NCBI RefSeq assembly: GCF_006345805.1
Contig: NC_042998.1
Coordinates: forward strand, 187,488,001 to 187,552,000
Reading direction: 5' to 3'
Source of the DNA: Octopus sinensis
Taxonomy: Eukaryota
DNA: 64,000 bases
Part shown: piece after piece, positions 23,813 through 36,342 of the stretch
Position numbering within the stretch: position 1 is the stretch's first letter
How the letters are laid out: every line of letters begins with the position of its first letter
Position numbers and translations under genes: made by a program
The notes under the pieces: generated by a model
The model's input: only the letters and a program-made list of their open reading frames with translations
Database searches by the model: none
Told to the model about the DNA's origin: nothing

Positions 23813-24222
23813 AATAGGAGTGGCTGTGTGGTAAGTAGCTTGTTTACCAACCACATGGTTCCGGGTTCAGTCCCACTGCGTGACACCTTGGGCAAGTGTC
23901 TTCTACTATAGCCTCGGGTCGACCAAAGCCTTGTGAGTGGATTTGGTAGACAGAAACAAAAGAAGCCCGTCGTATATATGTATATATATATATATGTGTG
24001 TGTGTTTGTGTGTCTGTGTTTGTCCCCCTAGCATTGCTCGACAACCGATGCTGGTGTGTTTATGTCCCCGTTACTTAGCGGTTCGGCAAAAGAGACCGAT
24101 AGAATAAGTGCTGGGCTTACAAAAGAATAAGTCCCGGGGTCGAGTTGCTCGATTAAAGGCGGTGCTCCAGCATGGCCGCAGTCAAATGACTGAAACAAGT
24201 AAAAGAGTAAAGAGTAAAGAGA
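23813..24222 (+). mobile_element. SINE family A, full composite copy
   Basis: tRNA-like head, CORE-like CCTTGGGCAAGTG segment, internal (TA)/(TG)n, second module, (AAGAGT)n tail. Confidence 0.9.
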
Positions 24223-24499
24223 GTAATTGTTCTGAAAGAAATGAAGAAAAAGAATAGCAAGGAGCAGTATTATGAATTTAGAGGTACAGAGCCGATAAGC
24301 TGGTTTATTTAATCAAGAAAGAAACTGACTGTGAGGGATTTGCTAATGTTCTGTGTTGTAAGGATGAGAAGCGAGAAATATTCTGAATTGTAAGGAAGTG
24401 ACAGAGGGGTTGGGGTGAGAAAATATGGTTGGAATGTCAATAGCTGACATTCAATGTTAATGAAATGATAAAGTCACGGAAGTGTTATTATGGGAGATT

Positions 24500-24881
24500 G
24501 GAGGCGCAATGGCCCAGTGGTTACGGCAGCGGACTCGCGGTCGTAGGATTGCGGTTTCGATTCCCAGACCAGGCGTTGTGAGTGTTTATTGAGCAAAAAC
24601 ACCTAAAGCTCCACGAGGCTCCGGCAGGGGGTGGTGGTGATCCCTGCTGTACTCTTTCACCACAACTTTCTCTCACTCTTACTTCCTGTTTCTGTTGTAC
24701 CTGTATTTCAAAGGGCCAGCCTTGTCACTCTCTGTGTCACGCTGAATATCCCCGAGAACTACGTTAAGGGTACACGTGTCTGTGGAGTGCTCAGCCACTT
24801 ACACGTTAATTTCACGAGCAGGCTGTTCCGTTGATCGGATCAACCAGAACCCTCGTCGTCGTAACCGACAGAGTGCTTCCA
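24500..24881 (+). mobile_element. tRNA-derived SINE family D
   Basis: GGAGGCGCAATGGCCCAGTGGTTA...GGTTTCGATTCCC; flanking TTATGGGAGATT repeat as likely TSD. Confidence 0.85.
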
Positions 24882-26462
24882 TCCCATTATGGGAGATTAA
24901 CAAATAGAACCAGGTATTGAATAGCTATTTAGATTAGTAAGAAATAGTTAGTGAGACAAAAAGTTAGATTGGAAAAGTTGTAAGGTCCATCAATAATTAC
25001 TGAGACATTGAAAGATTAAGCTGTATAGATATTATGCTAATTACTCACTAAATTAATTATACAGTACAGGAAGGTTTATACCCAACAGATGTGTCATCCT
25101 CAACTGCTACAAGGGCAAAGTAAATATACTGTAAAGGAGGAATTACAAAGATCTCAAACTAATGGACCAAGTCTTGAAAATAGTTGAATCATTTGAGTTT
25201 ATAGTAGAACTACAGAAAACGTTTTCAATGAGATAACTGCAATAGTTGACTAAGAGTAAACTTGACTAACACCAAGTTGCACTTTTCAACTTGGGGGTGT
25301 TCTTTGTAAGGTCATATGTTTTGTAATATGAGTAGTACTGAAAAATCAAGGTGAGATGAATAGCAACTAAGATTTGTACAAACCACTACTAGTGGACAAA
25401 TGAAAAAATTTAGAATTGGCATCAAGTCCATTGAGAAACAAATAAGTGTTTATTGGTCTAATAACTCTTATCATTATAGTTCATGAATAATGCAAAAATA
25501 CAAATTTGGGTGTTGTTGAAAATTTTCATATGTAGTAGAATCTCTGGTAGATTGACGGAGAAACAGAAATCAGAATTTAAATGTGACAAATGTAAAGGGA
25601 TACTTAGCAATACAATAGCAGCATTAAAAATGTATCAGTTTTTGTTACCTGGGATACTTAATCAAGCAATGAATTGTGAGAGTTATCAGAACATCAAATA
25701 GATTGCCTCACAGCATTTGTTCTGACTTTCTGTGATCTGAGTTCAGATTCCATGGAGATCAATTTTGCTTTTCATTCTTTTGAGGCTGATAAAACAGTAC
25801 CAATCCGGAGCATTGGATTGGTGGAAATATAAGAGCATCAGATCAAATGACATGTAGTATTTTTTCCAGCTCTTTGTGTCCTGAGTTCAAATTCCACCAT
25901 AACCTACTTTGGTGGTAGACCTAATTTTTAGCCAATTTAACACCACCATCTGACACCTCAAATACTTTTAATTGAGTAACAGTGACCACTCTATGGTGGG
26001 TATTCAGGCTAGGTCTCCACATTAAGGATACCTTCCTTCCATCTTGGAAACTCAGTAAAGGCTTGTCATAGACACTGCCTTCCATTCTAACAAAAAGGTG
26101 AAAAAATAGATGGTTATAGTAAGTTTGTATCAATAAGAAAGAAAGGGAAAAGTTTATCAGAGAGTAATCTTGGCTGACATAAACTGTTTTTCTGCTCATG
26201 GCAATGGTTGATAGCATGAGATAAATGAAAGTAGCGTGATAACACATGGCACTAAGGCACAGGCCTTAAATATGGAAAAAAGTAAAAAAGATTTGTAGAA
26301 GTATGCAATTAGAACATAAGTAGGTGAAGGAGCAATTAAGTAATTAAAACTTCAGCTGCTGCATACAGCAAAGATAAGTCTGTTGGTTAGGTCATGTAAC
26401 AAGTCTGCATAACACCTGCAGAGTAAAAAAGTAGCATATACTGCTTATAGAAGAGGAAGACC

Positions 26463-26689
26463 TATTTCTTTACTACCCACAAGGGGCTAAACGCAGAAGG
26501 GACAAACAAGGACAGACAAACGGATTGAGTCGATTATATCGACCCCAGTGCATAACTGGTACTTATTTAATCGACCCCGAAAGGATGAAAGGCAAAGTCG
26601 ACCTCGGCAGAATTTGAACTCAGAACGTAACAGCAGACAAAATACTGCTAAGCATTTCGCCCGGCGTGCTAACATTTCTGCCAGCTCAC
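26463..26689 (-). mobile_element. SINE family B with 13-bp TSD
   Basis: GAAGAGGAAGACC on both sides. Confidence 0.9.
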
Positions 26690-26909
26690 CGAAGAGGAAG
26701 ACCATTGAATGGATGATGAGGTGAAATTGAATTTGAAATTGAAGGTAAGTTGAAGCATTTTCTACTGCTAACTCATCTAATTCATATAATCATTGTAAAA
26801 TGGAAGAGGAGGAGGATGGAGTGCAAGTGGAGGAGTGAATGATAACGATCTTTCATATACAAGAATTCTAAAAATAATTCAGGCACCACATAGCAATGCA
26901 CTGCTATAT

Positions 26910-27291
26910 TCTCTTTTACATGTTTCAGTTATTTGATTGCGGCCATGCTGGAGCATCACCTTTAGTCGAGCAAATCGACCCCGGGACTTATTCTTTGTAA
27001 GCCCAGTACTTATTCTATCGGCACTTTTGCCGAATCGCTAAGTGACGGGGACGTAAACACACCAGCATCGGTTGTCAAGCAATGCTAGAGGTACAAACAC
27101 ATACACATACATACATATACATATACACGACAGGCTTCTTTCAGTTTCCGTCTACCAAATCCACTCACAAGGCTTTGGTCGGCCCGAGGCTATAGTAGAA
27201 GACACTTGCCCAAGGTGCCTCGCAGTGGGACTGAACCCGGAACCATGTGGTTGGCAGACAAGCTACTTACCACACAGCCACTCCTGCGCCT
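26910..27291 (-). mobile_element. SINE family A, full composite copy
   Basis: Reverse complement of the family A modules. Confidence 0.9.
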
Positions 27292-28193
27292 ATGTGAATT
27301 ATGTGAAAACATGTCCTATGTGTATCCCAATTTTCAGAATAGGAATACTGTAGGTACACTCTGTCCTTGGCATGCTGTAAGAGGCAGCTAAAAGAGTTGG
27401 CATCAGGAAGGGCATCGGGCCATAAGACACTGCTTTAAAATGTCCCATCTAATCCTTGCCAGTTTGGGAAAGCTGACATAAAAGCAATGATGCTAGTGAT
27501 AAATAATGCACAGTATCATGTTGCATGTCCTGATCCAAGAAGGATCTTAAGTGAAAACAACTTCAAGCACAACTCATGATTGTGATTGTAGTTATCACAA
27601 GGAAACAGCTTCTTAAAAGAAAGCTCATATTTTACATGTATAAGTAAAAATAAATTATCTATAATTTATTTTGGGAGTGATTGAGAGATGATTCAGTAAA
27701 AATGATCCTAATCAAAGTTTCTGAAAAAAGTGAACAGGGTTTAAATGAAATACTGAAAGTAGTCATATACCATAAGACTTGCATCATAACAAGAAAGGCT
27801 GTTTTGACTTTATATTTTAAAATATTGTCTTTATGTTGGTTAACAAAATATGAACTTGAAGAAAATCCTGGCAGACTTACAAAATCTGAATCTTAACAAC
27901 AGTAATTTGCTAAAGGACATTACATTCCCAGGAAGAAATCAGTATCTTTCAAAGAACTTGCACAGAGGCATAACCATGCACACATACACACTCTTTCACA
28001 TGTAGTCACATTAACACATATACTTAAATATACACTTACACATAGAAACACAACAATATAAATATATTATAATGATTGTGGTAAGGATAAACTTCCTATA
28101 AACAATCAGTGCAGTTACCATTGCATTCAATAAGTGAAAATATACTTTTAAAAAATCTTAGACATCAACATAGTTAACAACACCATAACAAAA

Positions 28194-28592
28194 TCTTTAT
28201 ATATAAAAGTGAGGTTGTGTGCTGTGTGTCTCCTATGATTTAGATTCCTAACTACTCCCACATTTTGCGGTGCAGTTTAACCAAAACCGGGTATCTTATA
28301 GTTGTGATTCATATAGAGCCCTTCTGGGTATTAGTGCGCATCTACGATGAGTCTACGATTTAAAAAAAAATTTACCATAAATTTTTCCCATTTTTAATGC
28401 ATTTTTTGCATATATAAGGGAAGTAACTCTCCAAAAATTTATTATTAAATCTCAGAACGTAAAAAGCTACAGTAACACCCCCCCCTTTGTGGTTAGCCAT
28501 ATTGAGATGGCTATTATACTTTACATCTATAAAAATGCTTATGTAGTTATTTCCCTTTCAAACCCGAGCAACGCCGAGCAATACTGGTAGTG
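28194..28592 (+). mobile_element. Non-autonomous Helitron
   Basis: Starts ATCTTTATATATAAAAG, ends CCCGAGCAACGCCGAGC...GTAGT; second copy at 57272-57577. Confidence 0.75.
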
Positions 28593-29049
28593 TATTATAA
28601 ATTGAACTAACAAGAGTGACTTAGTAGAAATAACAACCAAATTTCCCTTAAGCTACATCCTACCATCTTGATAACATTATATGTAAAACTTCATTTATGT
28701 AATGATATATTCATGACTCAGGTACAGTCATGGCTGTGTGGTTAGGAAGCTCAGTTTACAACCATGTGGTTTCGGGTTCAGTCCCACTGCACAGCACCAT
28801 GAGAAAGTACCTTATACTATAGCCCCTTCTGGCCAATGCCTTGTGAGTGAATTTGGTAGATGGAAACTGTGTGAAAGCCTACTGTATATCATCATCATCA
28901 TTATCATCATCGTCATTTAATGGCTATTTTCCATTCTGGCATGGGTTGTGCAGTTTGACAGGGTCCAGTGAACCATAGGACAGCATCAAGCTCCAATAGC
29001 TTTGCATAGCCATTCAAGAATTTGGACCTGGAGATCTCCATTTCCAGCA

Positions 29050-29710
29050 ACTTTGATACCTGCTCAGAGGCCTACACATAGTTTTCAAAAAGTTTCCATC
29101 ATTCTCGACACAATCAAGGAGATTTTGTGCAACTGAGACCTGAGTGTCTTTTTCGTCAGCTGAAAGCAGTTTTGGCACAAACTTGGCAGACACACATCTC
29201 ATACCCAAATCTTCAGGGATAATGGACTGAACTGAACCATAGCTAATCTGCACATCCTCTGATAACTCACAGAGGGTGATTCAACAATTTCCCCTCACAG
29301 CTGCATGCACATCTGTGACGTTTTTCTCAGTTCTGCTGGTTGCAGGTCTCCCAAAATGTTCGTCACTATCAACATTTTTTCGGCCATCTTGGAAATGTCT
29401 GAACCACTCATGCACTTGTGTGTGGCTCATACACTCCTCTCCATACACTTTCTGCAACTCTGCATATGCTTCTGAGCAGGTATCACCATGACAACTTTCT
29501 CTGTTATGGTCAATGTGACGATCACACATTAAACACATCTTCCTTCAAACCACTGTTGTAAACAGCAGAAGTGAGCTAGAATGTTAAAACTTAGTGCACA
29601 TGCATAGCTGAGGTCAAGGTCAATCTTTGCCAAGTAGCTTCACTCTGCAAGCTTTAGCTTCGTTACTATGGCAACAGTCTGGATACTTATTGATCAGACT
29701 TCGTGTGTAT
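29050..29710 (-). mobile_element. Mariner fossil, 5' half (TIR plus HTH region)
   Basis: TIR-like TACACACGAAGTCTGATCAATAAGTATCCAGACTG; EAYAELQKVYGEECMSHTQVHEWFRHFQDGR; VSAKFVPKLLS. Confidence 0.9.
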
Positions 29711-29717
29711 GTGTGTG

Positions 29718-29752
<35 letters not shown>

Positions 29753-29756
<4 letters not shown>

Positions 29757-30058
29757 CCCATAGAAATACAACAAGAGGCTTCCAAATAGGAAAGCCTTGT
29801 GCTAGAAAGAGTAGTAGAAAACTCAAACCACCAATTAAGGATAAATTCTCGAAAGGAATGAAAATTAAAAACGTTTACCATCTCAATATATATAATATAT
29901 ATATATATTATATATATATATATATATAATTCCCATAGAAATACAACAAGAGGCTTCCAAATAGGAAAGCCTTGTGCTAGAAAGAGTAGTAGAAAACTCA
30001 AACCACCAATTAAGGATAAATTCTCGAAAGGAATGAAAATTAAAAACGTTTACCATCT

Positions 30059-30062
<4 letters not shown>
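29753..30062. repeat. Exact 135-bp direct duplication separated by (TA)n
   Basis: 29753-29887 appears identical to 29928-30062. Confidence 0.9.
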
Positions 30063-30117
<55 letters not shown>

Positions 30118-30837
30118 ATAAGTTCTTTCAGCTTCTGGCTACCAAATCCACTAACAAGGCTTTGGTCGTCTCTGGGTTACAGCAGAAAACACTTGCTTGA
30201 GGTGGTGCCACACTATGTGGCCAAACTCAGAACTATGTGGTTGACAAGCAAAGTTGTGACCACAAAGGCTCACCTGTATCTTGAAGCAAGAAAATATTTG
30301 CATCCAACATAAATCCTAAAACAGCATCAACATCTCTCATAATTGTTTCAAACACATGGTCAGAAATATCAAGGGGGAAAGGTCAGACAATTAAATTGGC
30401 CCTAATACTTAATTGGTGCTTTATTTTATTCCCTTAAATGATGTAAAGCAAAGATGACCTCAGCACAATTTGAACTCAGCATATAAAGTGTTTGAAGATA
30501 TTTTAGTTTCAAATTTGGGAACCAGGCCAGTAATTTCGAGGGAGGGGATAAGTTGATTACATCGACCCCAATACTGAACTGGTACTTATTTTATCAACCC
30601 CAAGAGGATAAAAAGTAAAGTCAACTTCCATGGGAATTGAACTCAGAATGCAAAGACGGGCAAAATGCCACTAAGCATTTTGCCCAGCATGCTAACAATT
30701 CTGCCAGCTGACCACCTTTGTTTGAAGATATATTGCAAGGCATTTTGTCCATCACTAATCATTGTGCCAATCCCCACTTTCAGCAATTGTAATAATAGCC
30801 AAACATACATATCGCAAAATCAATTTTAAATCATATT

Positions 30838-32281
30838 TTATAACTGTTGGAGCGTAGGTATGTTACTGTTGGTGGAGTGTGGGTATATCATTACTGTTGG
30901 AGTGTGGATTTATGTTATTCCTGTTGGAGTGTGGATGAATGTTATTACTGTTGGAGTGTGGATGAATGTTATTACTGTTAGAGTGTGGATGAATGTTATT
31001 ACTGTTGGAGTGTGGATGAATGTTATTACTGTTAGAGTGTGGATTTATGTTATTACTGTTGGAGCATGGATTTATGTTATTACTGTTGGAGCATGGATTT
31101 ATGTTATTACTGTTGGAGCATGGATTTATGTTATTCCTGTTGGAGTGTGGATGAATGTTATTACTGTTGGAGTGTGGATGAATGTTATTACTGTTGGAGT
31201 GTGGATTTATGTTATTACTGTTGGAGTGTGGATGAATGTTATTATTGTTGGAGTGTGGATGAATGTTATTACTGTTGGAGCATGGATTTATGTTATTACT
31301 GTTGGAGTGTGGATTTATGTTATTACTGTTGGAGTGTGGATGAATGTTATTACTGTTGGAGTGTGGATTTATGTTATTCCTGTTGGAGCATGGATTTATG
31401 TTATTACTGTTGGAGCATGGATTTATGTTATTACTGTTGGAGCATGGATTTATGTTATTACTGTTGGAGCATGGATTTATGTTATTACTGTTGGAGCATG
31501 GGTTTATGTTATTACTGTTGGAGCATGGATTTATGTTATTACTGTTGGAGCATGGATTTATGTTATTACTGTTGGAGCATGGATTTATGTTATTACTGTT
31601 GGAGCATGGATTTATGTTATTACTGTTGGAGCATGGATTTATGTTATTACTGTTGGAGCATGGATTTATGTTATTACTGTTGGAGTGTGGATGAATGTTA
31701 TTACTGTTGGAGTGTGGATGAATGTTATTACTGTTGGAGTGTGGATTTATGTTATTACTGTTGGAGCATGGATTTATGTTATTACTGTTGGAGCATGGAT
31801 TTATGTTATTACTGTTGGAGCATGGATTTATGTTATTACTGTTGGAGTGTGGATGAATGTTATTACTGTTGGAGTGTGGATGAATGTTATTACTGTTGGA
31901 GTGTGGATTTATGTTATTACTGTTGGAGCATGGATTTATGTTATTACTGTTGGAGCATGGATTTATGTTATTACTGTTGGAGCATGGATTTATGTTATTA
32001 CTGTTGGAGCATGGATTTATGTTATTACTGTTGGAGCATGGATTTATGTTATTACTGTTGGAGCATGGATTTATGTTATTACTGTTGGAGCATGGATTTA
32101 TGTTATTACTGTTGGAGCATGGATTTATGTTATTACTGTTGGAGCATGGATTTATGTTATTACTGTTGGAGTGTGGATTTATGTTATTACTGTTGGAGCA
32201 TGGATTTATGTTATTACTGTTGGAGTGTGGATTTATGTTATTACTGTTGGAGCATGGATTTATGTTATTACTGTTAGAGTG
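30838..32281. repeat. 27-bp minisatellite, ~53 copies
   Basis: Unit TTACTGTTGGAG(CA/TG)TGGAT(TT/GA)ATGTTA; gives 9-aa periodic ORFs. Confidence 0.97.
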
Positions 32282-33212
32282 TAAAATGCTCTAACAGGAA
32301 TAACATAGATCCACACTCCAACAGTAATAACATTACCTACACTTCAACAATTTTAACATACCCTCAGTCCAACATCCATAACATATCTACACTCGAACAC
32401 TCGTAGTACATACATTCCAATAGAAATAACACCCTTTGCTGTATTAAGGCAGGGTACATTAAGCACAGTGAAGTACATTAGACTGATTATGGTCCCAGAG
32501 CACAAATTTGTTTAAGAGCATATGATGCTTCTAATATGGTTCTCATATTCCAAATACTCTTCAACAATTAATCATCACCAAACCCATACCACAAAATGAA
32601 ATATAAGTGACTTCCTGTCAGTTAATACCAGAAAGACAATAGAAAATATGAAAACTCAAACATCTGATGGTTTAACAACAGATACTTGAAACACTTGAAA
32701 AAGATGAATACACCCTACAGCTACAACCACTCATATCTACACTACAAAAACTTGAGAATCCAGAAACTGGTCAGCATTAAACAATTTTATCTAAACAATC
32801 TAACAAAATTCCAACAGTCATTTATACCTTCACAATTCTCTTTTCTTTTTACAATATGGATTCGAAATATTACATTCAGCCAGCACCACCACCACATCAC
32901 AGTTTCAATAACAAGGCAAAAACAAGTCATTCACCATTCTAACTACTAAACATTCAACTCTATGCTTCACCAAATACTGCATCATCACCACCTCCACCTC
33001 CACCTCCACCACCACCACCACCAGCTGTTCAAGAATTTGGACCTGGAGATCTCCATTTCCAGCGATTTCGAGGGCTACCTCCCAGTGGTGTCGGGCATCA
33101 ACGAAGAGCCCTCAACTACAATAAGATGGCCAAAGTTTTTTTTTCCCAAGTTCTGGGGTCTCCCGCCCCTAAGCCCTAGACCATCACCTAATCACCCTTA
33201 CTCGTCTTGTTG

Positions 33213-33289
33213 CTTAACAACAACAACAACAACCACCACCACCATCGTCGTCGTCGTCGTCGTCCTCCTCCTCCTCCTCCTCCTCCTCC

Positions 33290-33348
<59 letters not shown>
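33213..33348. repeat. Compound triplet microsatellite (AAC>ACC>GTC>CTC>ATC)
   Basis: Seen directly. Confidence 0.95.
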
Positions 33349-33349
<1 letters not shown>

Positions 33350-33678
33350 CTTTAACCTCTACATTTCTATACTTATATGACAATGATGCTTGTTGAGAAC
33401 CACCAAGTGATACTGAGACAAGAACACACACTTGCAATGCTTGAACATAGATATGCATAAAAGGTTACTTTCAAGTTCCCACCAACTAAATCCACTCACA
33501 AGGCTTTGGTTGACCTGAGGCTATAGTAGAAGACACATATCCAAGATGCAGTGGGACAGAACCTCAAACCACATGGTTGTTAAGCAAGCTTTTTACCCAT
33601 ACAATCAAGCCTATGCCTTATAAAATACTTATAAACAGCTCCTTAAAAACATGAAATACTGGTTGGTGGATTATTTCT

Positions 33679-33911
33679 TATTTCTTTATTGCCCACAAGG
33701 GGCTAAACATAGAGGGGACAAACAAGGACAGACAAAGGGATAAAGTTGATTACATCGACCCCAGTGCGTAACCGGTACTTAATTTATCGACCCCGAAAAG
33801 GATGAAAGGCAAAGTCGACCTCGGCAGAATTTGAACTCAGAACGTAGCGGCAGACGAAATACCGCTAAGCATTTCGCCCAGTGTGCTAACGTTTCTGCCA
33901 GCTCGCCGCCT
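33679..33911 (-). mobile_element. SINE family B with 17-bp TSD
   Basis: GTTGGTGGATTATTTCT at 33662-33678 and 33917-33933. Confidence 0.9.
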
Positions 33912-35074
33912 TTTTAGTTGGTGGATTATTTCTGGTCACCAAACCCTCATAGAGTGTAATAACAATAACGCATTTGATATCAGTAACTTCCTGACTGATG
34001 GCTCTATCCTCTGTTTACTCTTCTTAACTTATACATAAATGACCTTCCCACACGACTACAGTACATAGGCACATCCTGGTATGCAAATCACATCAAAGTC
34101 AAATCTTACTATCATTCTAGTGATAGAGCCACATAGATAATCCAGTGTTACAGCAACTTACAAGATTAGTCAACAAAGAAGATTCCATATGGTCATTTTA
34201 CTTGCTGGAAATAGCAACCAAAATCTCCCTCAAATCACAGCATCCAATGAAAGGATACATTAGATAATGTAATTCTATTTACCCTAGAAAAATGGATGGG
34301 ATGGTCACAAATGGAAAGCCTTTTTATCATTAATCTGTTTAAAGCAGCAAGATGGCAGAACTGTTAGCATGCTGGGCAAAATGCTTATCCGTATTTCATC
34401 CATCTTTATATTCTGAACTCAGATTCCACTGTGGTCGACTTTGCTTCCTTTTAGGGTCATCATCATCATCATCATCATCATTTAGTGTCTGTTGACCATG
34501 CTGGCATGGGTTGGACGGTTTGACTAGGACTGGTAAGCTGGAAGGCTGCACCAAACTCCAGTCTAATTTGGCATGTTCTTCTACAGTTGGATGCTTTCCT
34601 AACGCCAACCACTCCGAGAGTGTGATGGGTGCTTTTACATGCTACAAGTATCTGCCACAACTAAAATATATACTAGCAAAATACTGGGGTTGATGTAATA
34701 GATTTCCTCCTTCCCTCGAAAACTGCTGGTCTCATGCCAAAATTTGAAACCATTATTAATCTGTTTGATCAGGATGAGACAGTAGAATTTTTTGCAGTAT
34801 TCATTATCACTCTCTGTGTTCTGAGTTGCTAAAGCCAACTTTGCTTTTCATCCTTTCAAAGCCATTTCAGTTCTGAGATCAGTTCTTCTCTTTCTCTCTA
34901 GAAGAAGATAGCTGTGTTCAAATTCACTCCTAGAGGGAGATAGGGTAAACCAGTTTAAATTGCCCAAGAAACACCATGATGACATCTTTGCCACAACATT
35001 AGGAATTGAGAACCCAAGAAATGACGTAATCAACAACAGAAATCAACATTTTAACCACTACGCCATATGCCCAT

Positions 35075-35345
35075 GGGCATATGACGTAGTGGTTAAGAGC
35101 TCGGGCTGCTAACCCCAAGATTCCGAGTTTGATTCCATGCAATGACCAGAATAATAATAATAATATAATAATAATAATAATAATAATAACAACAACAATA
35201 TCAAAAAATATCTTAGAAATGAGAACCCAGGTTCGAAATTTCCCCAAGACACCTGATGAAGGCTGGAGGGTATATCAACCGAAATATGTTAACAACAAAC
35301 AAGATGAAGACAAAATCCGTCAAAATGTAAATAATGTACATAATT
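35075..35345 (+). mobile_element. tRNA-headed SINE with (AAT)n spacer and decayed hammerhead-like tail
   Basis: GGGCATATGACGTAGTGGTTAAGAG (A-box-like), GAGTTTGATTCC (B-box-like), (AAT)n, then GACAC-CTGATGA-AGGCTG...CAACC-GAAA. Confidence 0.65.
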
Positions 35346-35885
35346 GGCAGTGTCTGTCCATCCCCAAAAGAGAGATAACATGGATCTTATTGGATCTATT
35401 ACTCTTGGTTACTATATATTAGCTAGTGTTATCTGTCATATGACAGATAAAGTTATGAAAATACTTTTACTACACAGATAGAGATAGATAAATAGTTAGA
35501 AAGACGTGTATATGTATAAATAGGGACAGTCAAGGGTATGTGTGGTAAGTTTACTTTTCAATCACATATACGGAATTAATCCTCACTGTGTAGTGTCTTG
35601 GGAAAGTGTCTTCACGGCTGGCACGGGCTGACCAAAGCCTTTTGAGTGGATTTGCTAAACAGAAACTGAAAGAGTGGATGGCATTACAAAGGGCATCCAG
35701 CCATAGAAACCAAACCATTTTAAACTAGAGCTTGGTACAGTTCTCTGGTTTACCAGTTCCAGTTAAACCATGTAACCCATGCCAGCATGGAAAACAGAAA
35801 CTAAATGATGATGACGATGATAATGATATATATATATAAGTATATATATAAATCTAAACATATATACATACACACACATATATAT

Positions 35886-35916
<31 letters not shown>

Positions 35917-35966
35917 ATATATATATATATATACATATATATACATACACACACACTCACACACAC

Positions 35967-36045
<79 letters not shown>

Positions 36046-36112
36046 CATATATCATTTGTAAAAGACATAAATCCAAAAGAAGAAGCACACTCTAAGATGT
36101 AGAGCAGTATAT

Positions 36113-36310
36113 ATTAAAAATAGGGAAGGCCGGTTTATGGGATTACCTTACGTTTCCCACCCATAAAGGGTTTAGCTTTATGGTGTATTGTCATATACCG
36201 AAAATATGGGCCAACAGGTTTCTTGGGGATCTGATGATATGCCATAAAGCTAAACCCTTTATAGACAGGAAACCCCATAAAGAGGTAATCCCATAAACCA
36301 GCCTTCCCCA

Positions 36311-36320
<10 letters not shown>
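36113..36320. mobile_element. ~205-bp MITE with nested inverted repeats
   Basis: GGGAAGGCCGGTTTATGGGATTACCT / AGGTAATCCCATAAACCAGCCTTCCC, plus an inner AAAGGGTTTAGCTTTATGG / CCATAAAGCTAAACCCTTT pair. Confidence 0.8.

Positions 36321-36339
<19 letters not shown>

Positions 36340-36342
<3 letters not shown>

Noticed and set aside
24500-24575. tRNA genes at SINE heads (also 54467, 59094, 45327, 35075)
   Set aside because: No closed acceptor stem; each continues into a SINE body.
26446-26750. Exon-like AG...GTAAGT block interrupted by a SINE
   Set aside because: The reconstructed block has stops in all three frames.
31039-32277. (MDLCYYCWS)n ORF as a reflectin-like protein
   Set aside because: The MD spacing and composition come from the 27-bp unit; reflectin motifs and Arg/Gly content are absent, and overlapping frames are also open.
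30838-32281. CRISPR-like array
   Set aside because: Contiguous tandem units with no unique spacers, in a eukaryotic context.
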